A DNA stretch of 64,000 nucleotides from Calditrichia bacterium (GTDB lineage: Bacteria > Calditrichota > Calditrichia > JAJRVZ01). Positions 32,360 through 44,531 of the stretch are shown here, in pieces. Numbering within the stretch: position 1 is the first letter of the stretch; each line of letters begins with the position of its first letter. A program made the translations under genes and the position numbers. The notes beneath the pieces are model-generated. The model was given only the letters and a program-made list of their open reading frames with translations. It searched no databases and was not told where the DNA came from. The stretch covers positions 73,923-137,922 of the forward strand of contig CAWCNS010000012.1 of NCBI GenBank assembly GCA_963796965.1. The letters run 5' to 3'.

Positions 32360-33736
32360 AAGACTCGATTTAGCGTTTTACTGACGACATCTATATCGTC
32401 ATCTAATACAGCTAGGAGGTCCAGATGATAGGTATTGTCTAAAATATATCCGAATAAAGGTGTTTTTTGCATACGCAGTTTTTTTGCCAATTGATTAGCA
32501 GTTAAAACAGATGATGTTATTTGAAAGGCGAGGGAGGGTATGGGAGAAACCGGGTAAGCCCCGCTTCCGGCGCGGCCGGAAGAATTAATTAGTTTCAACT
32601 TTGTACGATGTTTTTCATCCAGTTGGTCTACTATGTGATTAGCCATTTTACGCAATTGGTTTTCGGTTCTGGATAATAGATTTAAAGTCAGGTTGTTTTC
32701 AAAGAGCGTATTGCTGTACAAGTATTGTTGTAATGTCTTAGAAAGCAGGGCGAGATTTATTTTATCACATCGGAGAGCCCTCAGAAGATGGTTTCTTCTA
32801 ATTTTTTTAATCGGGGTTTCTTTACCTAAGTATGATACCTGCCTGTGGTCCGCCGAGGAGTTTGTCGCCTGAAAAACAGACAATATCAAAACCCATATCC
32901 AGAACATCTCTGACAACCGGTTCTTGTTCAAATCCTAACTTTTGTAAATCAATTAAGGCGCCACTACCCAGATCATAAATGACCGGTACATTCCTGGCCC
33001 GGGCAATACGAATTATTTCAGCATGATCCGGTTTCTGGGTGAATCCTACAATTTTAAAATTAGATGGATGAACGAGCATTATGGCTGCTGTTTTTTCTGA
33101 AATAGCAGAATCATAATCTTTCAAATGCGTCTTGTTTGTAGAACCGATCTCAATCATTTTAGCGCCACTGCTTTTCATCACTTCAGCCATTCTGAACGAG
33201 CCGCCGATCTCAACCAACTCACCACGGGATATGATTACTTCTTTGCGTTTTGCGATTGAATTTAAAATTAACAATACGGCAGCTGCATTATTGTTTACAA
33301 TTACTGCATCCTCAGTGCCGGTGATAAGTTTGAGTAGCGGTATAATATGGTCTAAGCGCTCTCCCCGTTTACCGGAATCAATGTTAATCTCAAGATTTGT
33401 ATATCCGAGGATGCTATTCAGATTCTCAATTGATTGATTACCCAAAGGGGCTCGTCCCAGACCAGTGTGGAGAATTACACCCGTGCCATTTATGATTCTT
33501 TTAAATGAAGGAGATGTTAAATCTTTAACATTTGAACCGACTTCAATTCTGATATGCTCAGTTATATCTTGTCTGGTTTTTTCCTTTAATCGAAAACTCT
33601 CCGGGTTCGATTTTATTCCAGAAACAGTTTCCTCTATGAGTGTTTTTAAAAATGGGGGAGAAAAATGTGGATGATCATTCTTTAATAAATTAATAAGGTC
33701 ATTTATTGAAGGTATTTTTGCAAGAATTGATTGCAT
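32356..33736 (-). CDS. selA: L-seryl-tRNA(Sec) selenium transferase (one extra base near 32828)
   Basis: INGTGVILHTGLGRAP, VNNNAAA, SRGELVEIGGSFR, FSGDKLLGGPQAG; C-terminal LRALRCDK is in the adjacent frame. Confidence 0.95.
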
Positions 33737-33796
33737 TAGCGTTTTCTGGCAATTGCAGGTAATGGTGTAATATTTATTCTAGTCTGATTTATTTTC

Positions 33797-33917
33797 ACCA
33801 CAGAGGACGCAGAGTATTATTAAAACTTATAAAATCAAATAGTTAGATAACTATCAGTTAGTTTTACTTACGCCAATTAAAGTGTAATTATATAGTGCCC
33901 TCTGTGATCTCTGTGGT
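33797..33917. mobile_element. Non-coding inverted-repeat element (ACCACAGAG family)
   Basis: ACCACAGAGGACGCAGAG ... GTGCCCTCTGTGATCTCTGTGGT around an AT-rich spacer. Confidence 0.7.
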
Positions 33918-33979
33918 TTCTATATCGAGAATTTCAGAAAAATTATGATCCGGAAAAATTAAATGCCCAAACAATATGG

Positions 33980-35257
33980 CTATTCTGTAAAAGTCTTTTG
34001 AATTCTTACGTTCTTAATTCTCCGACGATAAACTTTTTCAACGGTAAATTTATAATTTTCATAGGCAATAGATTGTTTTTCCTTTGGAACAGATCCAAAT
34101 AGCCCAAAAAGAAACCCACCTATCGTTTCAACACCTTCCTCTGTAGGCAAGTTTAGATCAAGTTCTTCGTTTAACTCTTCAAGATCCATGCTGCCATCTA
34201 CCAGGTATTCAAGGTCACTAATTTTCTGATACAATGGTAGTTCCGAATCATGCTCGTCCTGTATTTCACCAACAATCTCTTCAATGATATCTTCTAAAGT
34301 GACCAAACCTGCCGTTCCGCCATATTCGTCTACCACAATGGCCATATGGATACGTTCTTTTTGAAATTCTCTTAAAAGTTCATCTATTTTTTTCTGCTCA
34401 GGGACGAAATAAGCCGTTCTTGCTAATTTCTCCAGGTTAACTTTCTCGCTGCTTTTTTTATTGATTAAAGGCAGTAAATCTTTGGCGTAAATGATACCTA
34501 TGATATTATCAACTTTATCCCGGTAGAGCGGGATTCGACTATGAAGATGCTGATTAATCAGACCCAGGAGCATATTTAATTCTGAATTGACCGGGGTACT
34601 AACCATATCGATGCGGGGAATCATTATCTCGCGAACTGTTGTTTCTCCAAATTCAAAAATAGAATGAATCATTTCTTTTTCATCTTGTTGCAAAGTTCCT
34701 TTTTCTTCTACGACATCTACGAGAGATAAAAGTTCCTCCTCTGAAACAAGGAATTTATTTTTACTCACCCGTAGAATTGAACTTAACCATTGTGTGAAGG
34801 CATGGAAAATGCTTACGATAGGGGAGAACAGGTAGAAAAATATAGTAAGAGGAAAAGCAAAATTTCGCGCTACTTTTTTTGCATTTTTAACGGCTGCAAT
34901 TTTGGGAACAATTTCAGTACAGATTAAAATAACAAATGTTACAATGATAACATCAATTATTACACCTATGTTCGGATCAAATCCCACCTTTTCACAAATA
35001 TCAATTGTCAGAATAGCTGCCAGGGATGCGGCCCCAATATTAACAACCGTGTTTCCAACTAGAATAGTAATCAATAATCTTTTTGATTGGGAGAGGAGGG
35101 TTATTACCTGTTTCGAGCCATAGTCTTTTTTTGAACGCATTCTTTCCAGGTCCCTAGCAGATAAGGAAAAATACGCTGTCTCTGAGGCAGAGAAAAAGCC
35201 TGAGAGAATCAATAAAAATAAAAAAACAACGCCATATGAAAAAATCACAATATCCAA
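33980..35257 (-). CDS. CNNM/HlyC-CorC family transporter (DUF21 + CBS pair + CorC domain)
   Basis: [48 protein letters not shown]. Confidence 0.94.
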   Translation of the reverse strand: MDIVIFSYGVVFLFLLILSGFFSASETAYFSLSARDLERMRSKKDYGSKQVITLLSQSKRLLITILVGNTVVNIGAASLAAILTIDICEKVGFDPNIGVIIDVIIVTFVILICTEIVPKIAAVKNAKKVARNFAFPLTIFFYLFSPIVSIFHAFTQWLSSILRVSKNKFLVSEEELLSLVDVVEEKGTLQQDEKEMIHSIFEFGETTVREIMIPRIDMVSTPVNSELNMLLGLINQHLHSRIPLYRDKVDNIIGIIYAKDLLPLINKKSSEKVNLEKLARTAYFVPEQKKIDELLREFQKERIHMAIVVDEYGGTAGLVTLEDIIEEIVGEIQDEHDSELPLYQKISDLEYLVDGSMDLEELNEELDLNLPTEEGVETIGGFLFGLFGSVPKEKQSIAYENYKFTVEKVYRRRIKNVRIQKTFTE

Positions 35258-35369
35258 GGTATCTATTTTCCTTTGTTACTCTAACTTACAATAATTTAAT
35301 ATTAATCGGCAAATCTGCAAATTCAATTTTAAAGAATAATTTTTATAGCCCCAGCCTAGGCCGTAATGT

Positions 35370-35813
35370 CTATGTTGGAGACGAAAAATTTTCAAATCTC
35401 TTCTCAGCCTGGTGGAGATAGTAATCTTCCTGTTCCTTCATTTTCTTTCTTTTTCTCTCTTCTGTATCATCGTATCCGGAAAGGTGTAAACAGGCGTGAA
35501 TTAATAGTCTCATTATTTCATTTTGGTAAGATACATTATATTTTTCAGCATTTTCACGAGCCCGATCAATGCTTATATAGATCTCTGAGTCAATGGAAGG
35601 AGAGTCGCTTAAATTGAAGGTCATTACATCTGTAAAAGTATCATCGTTAAGAAAATCCCGATGCAACTCTTTTAAAGATTGATCGTCAGTAAATATGACA
35701 TCTATTATCTCTGCAGATAAGTCTAACTCATCACATATCCAGAATAATAAATCTTTGATAATTCCCCGGTATCTAATGGAATCCCCTGCATTATCGTGAA
35801 TTTGAATTTCCAT
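35370..35813 (-). CDS. ybeY: rRNA maturation RNase YbeY
   Basis: TDVMTF; HACLHLSGYDD variant of the HGxLHLxGYDH motif. Confidence 0.92.
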   Translation of the reverse strand: MEIQIHDNAGDSIRYRGIIKDLLFWICDELDLSAEIIDVIFTDDQSLKELHRDFLNDDTFTDVMTFNLSDSPSIDSEIYISIDRARENAEKYNVSYQNEIMRLLIHACLHLSGYDDTEERKRKKMKEQEDYYLHQAEKRFENFSSPT

Positions 35814-38131
35814 TCTGGGCGATTTTATTCACTTTCTCTTTTTTTGAAGTTTGTTGATTAGTTGTCTTTTTTTCATCCTCTTTGGGATATTCTATGCGCT
35901 GGTGATAAATTCCTAGCAGAACTGACATAAACCCATCAATAATACCTTTCAAATCCCTCATTGTAAGTTCGCTGTCATCCAATTCACCTTCGAGAAAGCG
36001 CTGTTCTACTAACTCTTCAACCTGTTTTCTCAATCTTCCTGCCGATGGGTTGCTTAATGTTCGCGTTGCTGCCTCGATTGTATCTGCAAGCATAACAATG
36101 GCTGTCTCTTTTGATTTCGGAGAGGGACCAGGGTAACGGTAGTCTGATTCACGTACATCTTTTGACTCGTTGTCTTCTAAAGCTTTGTTATAGAAATACT
36201 TCATCAAATTTGTACCATGATGTTCTGGAATAAAATCACGAATTACTTTTGGCAGGCTGTTCTTCTCTGCCAATTCTAATCCATTCTTAACATGAGAGGT
36301 CAATATCAGCGCACTCATATTCGGCGCTAAGCCCTCATGTCTGTTTGCTTTCTCCTTTTGATTCTCCACAAAATATTCTGGTTTTACCATCTTGCCTATA
36401 TCATGGTAATAGCTACCAACCCGCGCTAGTAGTGAATTAGCCCCAATCGCCATGGCTGCTGATTCAGATAAATTGCCGACGATAATACTGTGATGAAATG
36501 TACCGGGAGCTTTAACAGCAAGTTCCTTTAATAAAGGCTGGTTTAAATCTGATAGTTCGAGTAGGGTCACATCAGTTGTGATATCGAATAATCTTTCAAA
36601 TACCCCCAGCATCATATAGGTTATAAAGGGAGAAAGGATAGCATTGGGTAAAAGATAAAAGACAAAATTCTGAAAAATTTCCTGGAAATCCTGATATCTC
36701 AATGCGCCGAGGGTAAAGATTATTATCAAATAAGCACTGATAATATAGAGGATGGCTTTAAATATCTGATTTCTTGTTCGAATACGGGTGACAGAGTATA
36801 TGGCAACAATTCCTACAAACATGATCAAAACAGCAAAAGCATAGTCAAATCCATTAACACCAGCTAGAAGCAATCCTATGACAACTGTTCCTACCAATCC
36901 AATTCCCGGATCAAATAAAATACCCAATAACATAGAGGAAATTGTTGTTGGGATAATGTAAGATTCCCACCCGAGTGGACCTAAAATTAAGGCTCCAACG
37001 CCTACCTGACCGAGAATGAGAATTGATATAAGCAGTAGTTTGTTGTTATCCCGGAATACTTTGTTTCTATTTGCAGATAAATACAGGACATAGAGGGTCA
37101 GGATCAGGGCCGTAAGTAAAAATTTACCTAATTGAGAAAGGATATTCTGTAGATCTCCACCTAATTTACTCCTTTCTGCAATCTTTACTTCAAGCGAATA
37201 AAGTTTTTGGTAAATATCTTTGGTGATCCGTTCATTGGCATCTACTATTCGTTCATTATCATAAACCAGATCTTTTCCTAATGGAACAGCAGCCACCGCT
37301 TCACTACGACGCTTTTCTGTAAACTGTTCTAAATAGAGAACATTGGGTTGGATAAATCGTCCAAAAATCTTAAGCAATGGTGTACGATCGTTGAATTTAG
37401 CAATTTCAAGTTGTGTATCTATAAAAGAATTCATCTCCGAATCATCAATAAGAGAGGTGATGGGTACTGATTCTTCGATACTATTGTTTATTATGGTCAC
37501 GTATTCTTGTTTAATTTCTTCTTTGCTAATATTTATATAGTAAGCACCACCAAGTGAGGTGAATTCTGTTAATATCTTTCGTTTAAACGACGAATATCCA
37601 TTTTTTTTAATCGAGCTTTAATACGGTCTCTACATCCTGCTTGCTGAGATTTAACCCAAAGTTAGTAGAGGCTCGTTCGCGTGTACGTTCAATGGCCAAT
37701 GAATCGTCATTCAGAGTCAGAATTTCATTAATTACCCCCGGCTCTTGCTCAGGAGGGATGTAATCCCTACTAAGTTCTTGTAAGAGTAAAAGGAACTCCT
37801 TAAACTGATTTTCCTCATAGAATTGAACCGAATCTACAAAAGAAAAATAAGCAGGAACCTTTTCACTAGCCTCCTTGCGTTCTTCTTTCAACTCATTTTC
37901 TAATTTGAGTACAGAAAAATCAAAAGGTGCGATTACCTTTTTAGTGGCAATGCTCCCTTCAGCAAGGTCCGTATATTTAAAACTCCGACCACTGGGAAAC
38001 ATGAGGGGAATGATAATAATGAGAGCGAGAATCATCCCAATCTTTGGAAAAATCTCCCTAAAGGGTATTCCTCCGATAGAACGATTCTGCAACGAATTCA
38101 GAAATTTTAATTTATTCTTAATGTTAAACAT
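35791..38131 (-). CDS. 7TM-HD phosphohydrolase, PgpH-like (indel in a homopolymer near 37607)
   Basis: Extracytoplasmic domain, TM block, LLELSD, APGTFHHS, YYHDIGK, EHHGT, YRYPGP, LADTIEAA. Confidence 0.92.
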
Positions 38132-38254
38132 ATGCGCAATTTCCTCAAGAAAAGATCCCACTATTAAAATACGAATCAGATCTTATATGTATTCGGACAG
38201 AAAACATCAAATTCCAGATAAATACTTTTTTTGTATCTTTTTGTTTAGGTGTAA

Positions 38255-40327
38255 TCAAGTTTTCTCTAGTTTTACCAGAGAATCCTTTTCACCAAAAATT
38301 AAGAGGGTATCACCCATTTCAACAACATATTGGGCATCAGGTTGTACCGTGCTTATGCCTTTCTTTTTGCTCTCTTTTTTAACAAGCAGAACATCTACTC
38401 CATAACGAGACCTGATATTTAACTGGGCTAACGTTTTGCCGATGAAAATAGTCGGTGCTTCCAACTGGACCAGATGATATTTATCGATAACAGGCACAAT
38501 TTTCTGTGTACTCATTTTTCTAATGCCAACACTCACCTCTCCTGACATATCTCTTAAGAATATCTGCTTATTATAAGTCTCAATAACATCATGTTGCCAA
38601 ATACTTCCGATGATTTGATTACCCCCTGATTCGGTAACGACTGGTAATTCGTCGGCATTATTGATTCCAAATTTTTTCATAACATCATCAAGATTCTCAT
38701 CAGGGAATACTCGAATAACATTTACATTCATTACATCTGCAGCAATCAAAAGATTTTTTAAATGGTCATAATCTATGATTGTTCTTCGAATCTCTTGTAA
38801 CGAAATTGACCCCTGAATTCTATTCTCTTTATCGATAACATAAAAATAATTGTGCTGACTTCCCGCCATTTTTTCGATGATAGATGTAAAAGGTTCAGAT
38901 TCTGGGATTATTTCAACGGAATTTTTGTAAATATCTTTGACCTTTAATTTTTTTAATACATTTAACTCACGTCCCCCGAATACATTAATACCTTTTAGTT
39001 TCAATTTCAATGTGTAGATCGACTCTTCTTTCAACTTCATCGCCAGAACTGTGGCTATGATACACGTGATCATTAAAGGTAGCATAATCTTATAGTCACC
39101 ACTCATTTCAAATATAATCAGGATGGCGGCGGTTGGCCCATGGGTCGCTGCAGCCACGACACCTCCCATCGCGACCAATGCATAGGCTCCGGGAGATATT
39201 TGCAGATCCGGAAAAATTTGCGCAATAAGCGATCCATAAAAACTTCCCAGCATGGCACCTAAAAACAGAGAAGGGGCGAAAACACCACCTGAACCACCAG
39301 AACCAAGACTAAGCGATGTGGCAAGAACCTTAATAAAGACAAGGGCTAAGGCCAGCTCCCAGACAATAGAATTATTAAGAGCGTCGGTTATTGTATCATA
39401 GCCAATACCGAATATTTGAGGAAAGAAAATCCCGATCAACCCGATGGCAGCTCCTCCCAGAGAAGCCTTTACCCACTCCGGCCATTTTTTATTATCAAAA
39501 AAGGCTTCTGAAGAATAAAGGGATTTAATAAACAAAAGCGCTACACCGGCGGCAAGAAAACCTAAAATGACATAGAAAACGAGTTCAATTGGAGAACCCA
39601 GTCGGTATTCCGGCACTTCAAAAGCGGGGAAATCACCCAGATACGTACGTGAAACGATAGTTGCCATTACGGATGAAATTACCACCGCGCTGAATTGGGG
39701 AATGGCAAAATCTCCTAAAATAACTTCAACCGCAAATAATGCTCCTGCTACAGGTGCATTAAACGCAGCAGCAATCCCTGATGCAGCACCACAGGCAACA
39801 AAGGTTCGCATCCTTTTGGCATTTACCCTGAAAAACTGACCTACAGTTGAACCGACAGCTGCGCCAATTTGGATTACCGGTCCTTCCCGGCCAACGGATC
39901 CGCCAGATGCGATATAAACGGCCGAGGCTAACAGTTTTGCTACAACCACTCTGGGCCGTATAACACCATTTCGCATGGTGATGGCTTCCATCACCTCAGG
40001 AACGCCATGGCCCTTTGCCTCGCGGGCTACAAATTGAATAATCAGGCCAACAAAGGCACCACCCAGCATAGGGATCACGATTTTGTAGACGAGCGGAGTA
40101 CTATTGATTGTCTCAAGATTAAAAGGACCTCCCCAAAAGAGTAATTGGAATTCCTTTATCAGAAATTGTATTCCCACAGCACCATAGCCACCCAATAAAC
40201 CTATCACTACAGCAACCGTTAAAACAAATGAGTTCTCACGCATTTTTATTGAATCGGTCAAATTAGTGGCGCGTTTGGAAAGACGTTTAAAAAGTGAATC
40301 TTTATGTTTGGAAGATGGGTCGTTCAT
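38255..40327 (-). CDS. ClC chloride channel/antiporter with CBS pair and C-terminal TrkA-C (RCK_C) domain
   Basis: GHGVPE, GGSVGREGP, GGVFAP, SIY; two CBS domains; FIGKTLAQLNIRSRYGVDVLLVK...GDTLLIFG. Confidence 0.93.
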   Translation of the reverse strand: MNDPSSKHKDSLFKRLSKRATNLTDSIKMRENSFVLTVAVVIGLLGGYGAVGIQFLIKEFQLLFWGGPFNLETINSTPLVYKIVIPMLGGAFVGLIIQFVAREAKGHGVPEVMEAITMRNGVIRPRVVVAKLLASAVYIASGGSVGREGPVIQIGAAVGSTVGQFFRVNAKRMRTFVACGAASGIAAAFNAPVAGALFAVEVILGDFAIPQFSAVVISSVMATIVSRTYLGDFPAFEVPEYRLGSPIELVFYVILGFLAAGVALLFIKSLYSSEAFFDNKKWPEWVKASLGGAAIGLIGIFFPQIFGIGYDTITDALNNSIVWELALALVFIKVLATSLSLGSGGSGGVFAPSLFLGAMLGSFYGSLIAQIFPDLQISPGAYALVAMGGVVAAATHGPTAAILIIFEMSGDYKIMLPLMITCIIATVLAMKLKEESIYTLKLKLKGINVFGGRELNVLKKLKVKDIYKNSVEIIPESEPFTSIIEKMAGSQHNYFYVIDKENRIQGSISLQEIRRTIIDYDHLKNLLIAADVMNVNVIRVFPDENLDDVMKKFGINNADELPVVTESGGNQIIGSIWQHDVIETYNKQIFLRDMSGEVSVGIRKMSTQKIVPVIDKYHLVQLEAPTIFIGKTLAQLNIRSRYGVDVLLVKKESKKKGISTVQPDAQYVVEMGDTLLIFGEKDSLVKLEKT

Positions 40328-40686
40328 TAAAGTGAGGTGACTATCAGTATGTTTTTATAATTTTATAATATGGTGTCTGCATATGTTTATTAGGTCTCAA
40401 ATTTTTTTACAAAGATAGCCATGAATATGGCAAGAGTGGATAAGAAAATTTATAATCAAATCAATCAGATGTCTATTTATTTAATTGACCGGATCCTTTA
40501 TCCTCGCCCGATATATTCCTGTCAGGAACAAGATGCTGAATTTACGTATATGCCATCGTCAATTCAACAAAAACTTCGGCTATGTTTATAAGGATTAAGG
40601 ATGTAAATTTTTAGGTTAGTGCACAGCGCCGGCTAGTAATAGATCAATTAGAAATATTTTATCAGTAGAGGACAGCCAATTAAACC

Positions 40687-40715
40687 TTGCACACATCACG
40701 CTAAATCAGTAAATT
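40687..40715 (+). promoter_or_regulatory. Sigma70-like promoter of eno
   Basis: TTGCAC-17 nt-TAAATT upstream of the AAGGAG RBS. Confidence 0.5.
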
Positions 40716-40749
40716 TTGTCGATTTAAACTTATTTCTTTACACTAATAA

Positions 40750-42057
<1,308 letters not shown>

Positions 42058-42076
42058 TTTAAATTGAGTAATAAGA

Positions 42077-42412
42077 ATGGCAAAAAAGCGTAAATCCGGA
42101 CGTAAAATTACCCAGATCATGGAACAGATCTCGCGTAAGAAACGTGTAAGGCAAATTACCCTTGCTGCCATTCTTATTACGATTGTTCTAATTTTTACAA
42201 CAGGCTCCCGGGGTACTTATAAACTGTACCAGTTTGAGAAGAAGAAGGAGAACCTGGGGAAAGAGATCATTAAACTTGAAAATGAAAAAAAAGATCTAGA
42301 GAAAGTGAAATCAGGTATTGAAGATGACCCTGCTTACCTTGAGAAAATTGCCCGGGAAAAGTATAAAATGAAAAAAAAGGGGGAGAAAGTATACGAAATA
42401 GTCGAAGAATAG
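42077..42412 (+). CDS. ftsB: Septum formation initiator (FtsB/DivIC family)
   Basis: TM helix plus coiled coil, LEKIAREKYKM; conserved position after eno. Confidence 0.85.
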   Translation: MAKKRKSGRKITQIMEQISRKKRVRQITLAAILITIVLIFTTGSRGTYKLYQFEKKKENLGKEIIKLENEKKDLEKVKSGIEDDPAYLEKIAREKYKMKKKGEKVYEIVEE

Positions 42413-44196
42413 GGCTATCTTTTTTTCTTCTTTTATTTGTACTAATTATTTACAGCCCTCCTGCCACCGCTATTGGATTAACTCAAACACCGATTTCTCC
42501 ACTCAACCGATATTGGAATTTATCGTTTATTAAACAAAGCATAACCTGGGATTGGCGGGGACAACTGGTGTTTAACGAGGATCCCGCACAGGGGATGGGT
42601 TTTTTGTTTGATGATCGTTTCACCACAAATTTGCTGGTCCAAAGTTATAATCAGCAAATGTGGCGTGATGAAAATATTTTGCATGCCTTCCTTTTTAATA
42701 AGTATTCTACCAATTATTATGGTGTGTATGTTAATTCATGGACGCTGGTTGATAAGCAGACAGTTCTCACCAGCCGTTTTAGCAATCATGCTGCCGGTAT
42801 TAAATCTATTTACAATTTTAACAGACATATTATAATAGAACCTCATATTGGCTATCAAAGATCAGAAAACAGATCGTATATTGATATGGGATGGGATCTT
42901 GGGTTAGATGCCGATATTGGCGGAATTTATCTTGGTGATTATCGAACGAGTTTATATCTGACCACAGAGTATGATCTTTATCCTCAGAGAGAAAATTATG
43001 CTAATCAGTTTAATGTACAAATTCATAAACAATTCTCAGCAAAAGCGCGGGATTCGTTACATGTTGGTTATGCAAAAACAAAACAGCAATTTTATTCAGG
43101 TGATTCCGGAGATCTGGTAGAAGTAAATATTGAAAATAAAAATCTTCACAACGCATTAGAATATTTCATCTCATCTAATTCCTTGCTTCAATTAAACACC
43201 ATAGTTCTGGACAGAAATATCTCAGATAATACACCCGTTAATCCCAATGTTAGAAAGGTCTTTCATTTTGAAAATAGATTGGGTTATCGTTACTTTTCTT
43301 CTAAAATTTTGATCTATTTAGGATTTAACACTTTTCAGGAAACATTAGATAACCTTGATTTCCGAACAGACAGTGAAGCCCTGCAATCGGGGATTCGGTC
43401 AGACTTTTCCTACTTCTTTACAAATATGAATCGACTGGATGTACAGTTCAATTTTATTAAATTTCAATATGATACACCCGATCAGGTAGATAATCATGAT
43501 GACCGGGATGAAATTCGTTTTGTGGGTACGGCAGGGTATTTTCATCGCCTTAGTCCCCTGCTTTGGATAAAATTTGATACCTATGTAAATCTTTTCCATA
43601 AATCATATTTATATAAAGAGCAGAGTGCTAATAATAGTTGGAACAGAATTTACCGAATACAAACTACAGTAAATTATCAGTACAATGGCTGGCAAAATAC
43701 CTTAAGAACTCATGTGCTGACAAACTATAATGTTTATGATTTTGATCATCTTTTTACTAATACACGCAGTTTTGTATTCCGTAAGTATTCAGTTTCTGAT
43801 TCGCTTCTTATTCCCGTTACTTATAGCACAAGAATAGGCGTATATGGTCGGCTCGAACTTGAAGATAGGGGAAGTTTCTATGAAGAATTATTTGCACAAT
43901 CGATTTCTGAATCATCACGGTCAACGTATTTTGATGCATTTTTGCAAAAACGAAATATCTTTTATTTTAACCTGGAGATTGGCGCGGCATTTTATAATAG
44001 AACAAATTGGCGTCACATCCCGGTAAAAGTCCTAAGTAGAGAGATAAGAAGGATAAGTCCCTATATTAGATTTGTTTACCCGTTAGACAGAAATCTCAGA
44101 TTTTATTGTCAAATTGCGCAAAATTTTCTTATTGACGAAGGTAGAGAAAAATTAAGTTATACCTTTGGTCACCTGGATTTGCATTATAATTGGTAG
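42391..44196 (+). CDS. Hypothetical outer membrane beta-barrel protein (start uncertain; ORF track starts at 42568)
   Basis: Aromatic-rich amphipathic strands, terminal DLHYNW; the frame is open upstream and encodes a signal-peptide-like segment. Confidence 0.7.
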   Translation: MRNSRRIGLSFFLLLFVLIIYSPPATAIGLTQTPISPLNRYWNLSFIKQSITWDWRGQLVFNEDPAQGMGFLFDDRFTTNLLVQSYNQQMWRDENILHAFLFNKYSTNYYGVYVNSWTLVDKQTVLTSRFSNHAAGIKSIYNFNRHIIIEPHIGYQRSENRSYIDMGWDLGLDADIGGIYLGDYRTSLYLTTEYDLYPQRENYANQFNVQIHKQFSAKARDSLHVGYAKTKQQFYSGDSGDLVEVNIENKNLHNALEYFISSNSLLQLNTIVLDRNISDNTPVNPNVRKVFHFENRLGYRYFSSKILIYLGFNTFQETLDNLDFRTDSEALQSGIRSDFSYFFTNMNRLDVQFNFIKFQYDTPDQVDNHDDRDEIRFVGTAGYFHRLSPLLWIKFDTYVNLFHKSYLYKEQSANNSWNRIYRIQTTVNYQYNGWQNTLRTHVLTNYNVYDFDHLFTNTRSFVFRKYSVSDSLLIPVTYSTRIGVYGRLELEDRGSFYEELFAQSISESSRSTYFDAFLQKRNIFYFNLEIGAAFYNRTNWRHIPVKVLSREIRRISPYIRFVYPLDRNLRFYCQIAQNFLIDEGREKLSYTFGHLDLHYNW

Positions 44197-44410
44197 GACC
44201 TCACCCCTGGCCCCTCTCCTAAAAGGAGAGGGGAAGGTCTGTGTCCCAGTGGTAACTATTGAATTTTCTTCTTTATATTTCTCCAATAAATGCTGAAGAT
44301 GTCTGTAAATGGCGGTAGATTTAGGGGATCCAGGTAGAATTATATCTCCTCTCTCCTTTTAGGAGAGGGGCCGGCCCGAGACGCGCTACGTTGTAGGGAG
44401 TGAGGTCCTA
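44194..44410. mobile_element. REPIN/MITE-like element, GGACCTCACCCC family
   Basis: Ends TAGGACCTCAC...GTGAGGTCCTA; each arm holds a CCCCTCTCCT-AGGAGAGGGG type palindrome. Confidence 0.8.
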
Positions 44411-44531
44411 ATAACAGACTCCCAAGCCCTATGGTAGAGCGGAGAAAGCAGAGTTCTTTTATCTGTAGAAAGGATGTACAGTGATTCCTATGAAGTGGCT
44501 ATAATATTTCATTTCGAAAAGAGAGGGTGTA

